A stretch of DNA of 36,587 nt from a virus (taxonomy: Duplodnaviria; Caudoviricetes), in the IMG/VR virus record IMGVR_UViG_3300017969_000045, positions 1-36,587 of that record; one strand, given 5' to 3'. Both the position numbers and the translations under genes were made by a program. Positions within the stretch are counted from its first letter, which is position 1. Each line of letters starts with the position of its first letter. Below are positions 35,852-36,587 of the stretch, piece by piece. The notes under the pieces were generated by a model that was not told where the DNA came from, ran no database searches, and saw only the letters and a program-made list of their open reading frames with translations.

Positions 35852-36587
35852 ATGAAAAAAACAAACTATTTAAATAACAAAGATATTTTATCAGAAATTC
35901 ACAAAAGTAAAAATTCATTTTGCAGCTTTTCTAACCCAAAGTATCATATATACGACATAATTATTAATTCACTATCAGATATTGACAACACTATTCTTGT
36001 TGAGGCAAAAAAATCTAAAATCAAAAGAGAAAATTTACAAATATCTCTTGAAGAAGTAGATAAACAAGATTTAATTTTTAGGGTTATGACTTATCATCAT
36101 ATACCTGATCAACCTGGCAGGAAAAAAAATCCTAAAACTATAGCAGACACAAAAGTAAAAGTCAATTTTCCTCCATTCCAACATTGGAAATATGATAATA
36201 ATAATGATTTAATTTGTATTGGAAAAAGCCATTGGAAAGGTGATTTAGAAACTGGTAAATTCTGCCTTGATCACGGTATACCCACAGATAAACTTGCTCT
36301 TATGTGGATGAAATTATGTGAAAGATATGCTACACGTGGTAATGTAAGAGGATATACCTACAATGATGAAATGAGAGGTCAAGCAATCTTACAGTTAGCT
36401 CAGATTGGTTTACAATTTGACGAATCTAAAAGTCAAAATCCATTTGCATATTATACAGCAGCAGTTACAAACAGTTTTGTTAGGGTAATTAATCTAGAAA
36501 AGCGTAATCAAAACATACGAGATGATATTTTGGAAATGAATGATATGAATCCTAGCTACACAAGACAAGCAAATGACGAATGGGAAG
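35852..36587 (+). CDS. Late-transcription sigma factor, T4 gp55-like, 3'-truncated by the window edge
   Basis: Not in the ORF track. Manual translation is open for 245 codons: MKKTNYLNNKDILSEI...NVRGYTYNDEMRGQAILQLAQIGLQFDESKSQNPFAYYTAAVTNSFVRVINLEKRNQ. It matches the gp55 motifs NY.NNK.LL, GYT...EM, FD..K..NP.AY.T....F...I..E. Confidence 0.85.
   Translation, partial: MKKTNYLNNKDILSEIHKSKNSFCSFSNPKYHIYDIIINSLSDIDNTILVEAKKSKIKRENLQISLEEVDKQDLIFRVMTYHHIPDQPGRKKNPKTIADTKVKVNFPPFQHWKYDNNNDLICIGKSHWKGDLETGKFCLDHGIPTDKLALMWMKLCERYATRGNVRGYTYNDEMRGQAILQLAQIGLQFDESKSQNPFAYYTAAVTNSFVRVINLEKRNQNIRDDILEMNDMNPSYTRQANDEWE

Noticed and set aside
1-36587. CRISPR array, tRNA/rRNA, diversity-generating retroelement, intron, intein or transposase
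   Set aside because: Intergenic gaps are at most about 70 nt. No spaced direct repeats, reverse transcriptase, homing endonuclease or intein motifs were seen by eye. A short VR target of a DGR located elsewhere cannot be excluded without computation.

Overview
AT-rich, very gene-dense segment of a large (likely jumbo) myovirus-type phage genome with T4-like late transcription. Nearly everything is on the minus strand. Read right to left, it is a contractile-tail baseplate module: tube-initiator-like, gp53/LysM-like, hub, gp5 spike without lysozyme, gp25, gp6-like wedge, a 5,466-aa giant wedge/adhesin protein and a 204-aa baseplate protein. Three paralogous tail-fibre genes follow, sharing an N-terminal module but with different C-termini, then a virion protein and a small chaperone-like gene. 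The module ends in a tightly coupled cluster of GT-A-fold glycosyltransferase genes that runs off the left edge. At the right edge, a divergent gp55-like late sigma factor gene (not in the ORF track) is open to the window end. Main observations: (1) a candidate virion/tail-fibre glycosylation cassette; (2) one of its glycosyltransferases is split by a single in-frame TAA; (3) a 14-bp-arm hairpin at the cassette entrance buries the Shine-Dalgarno and contains a promoter -10 element; (4) a late promoter overlaps the -35 of the sigma70-type promoter of the late sigma gene; (5) the giant protein looks like a gp7/gpI scaffold inflated with beta-propeller and carbohydrate-binding-like modules. Family assignments come from motif recognition by eye, not database searches.
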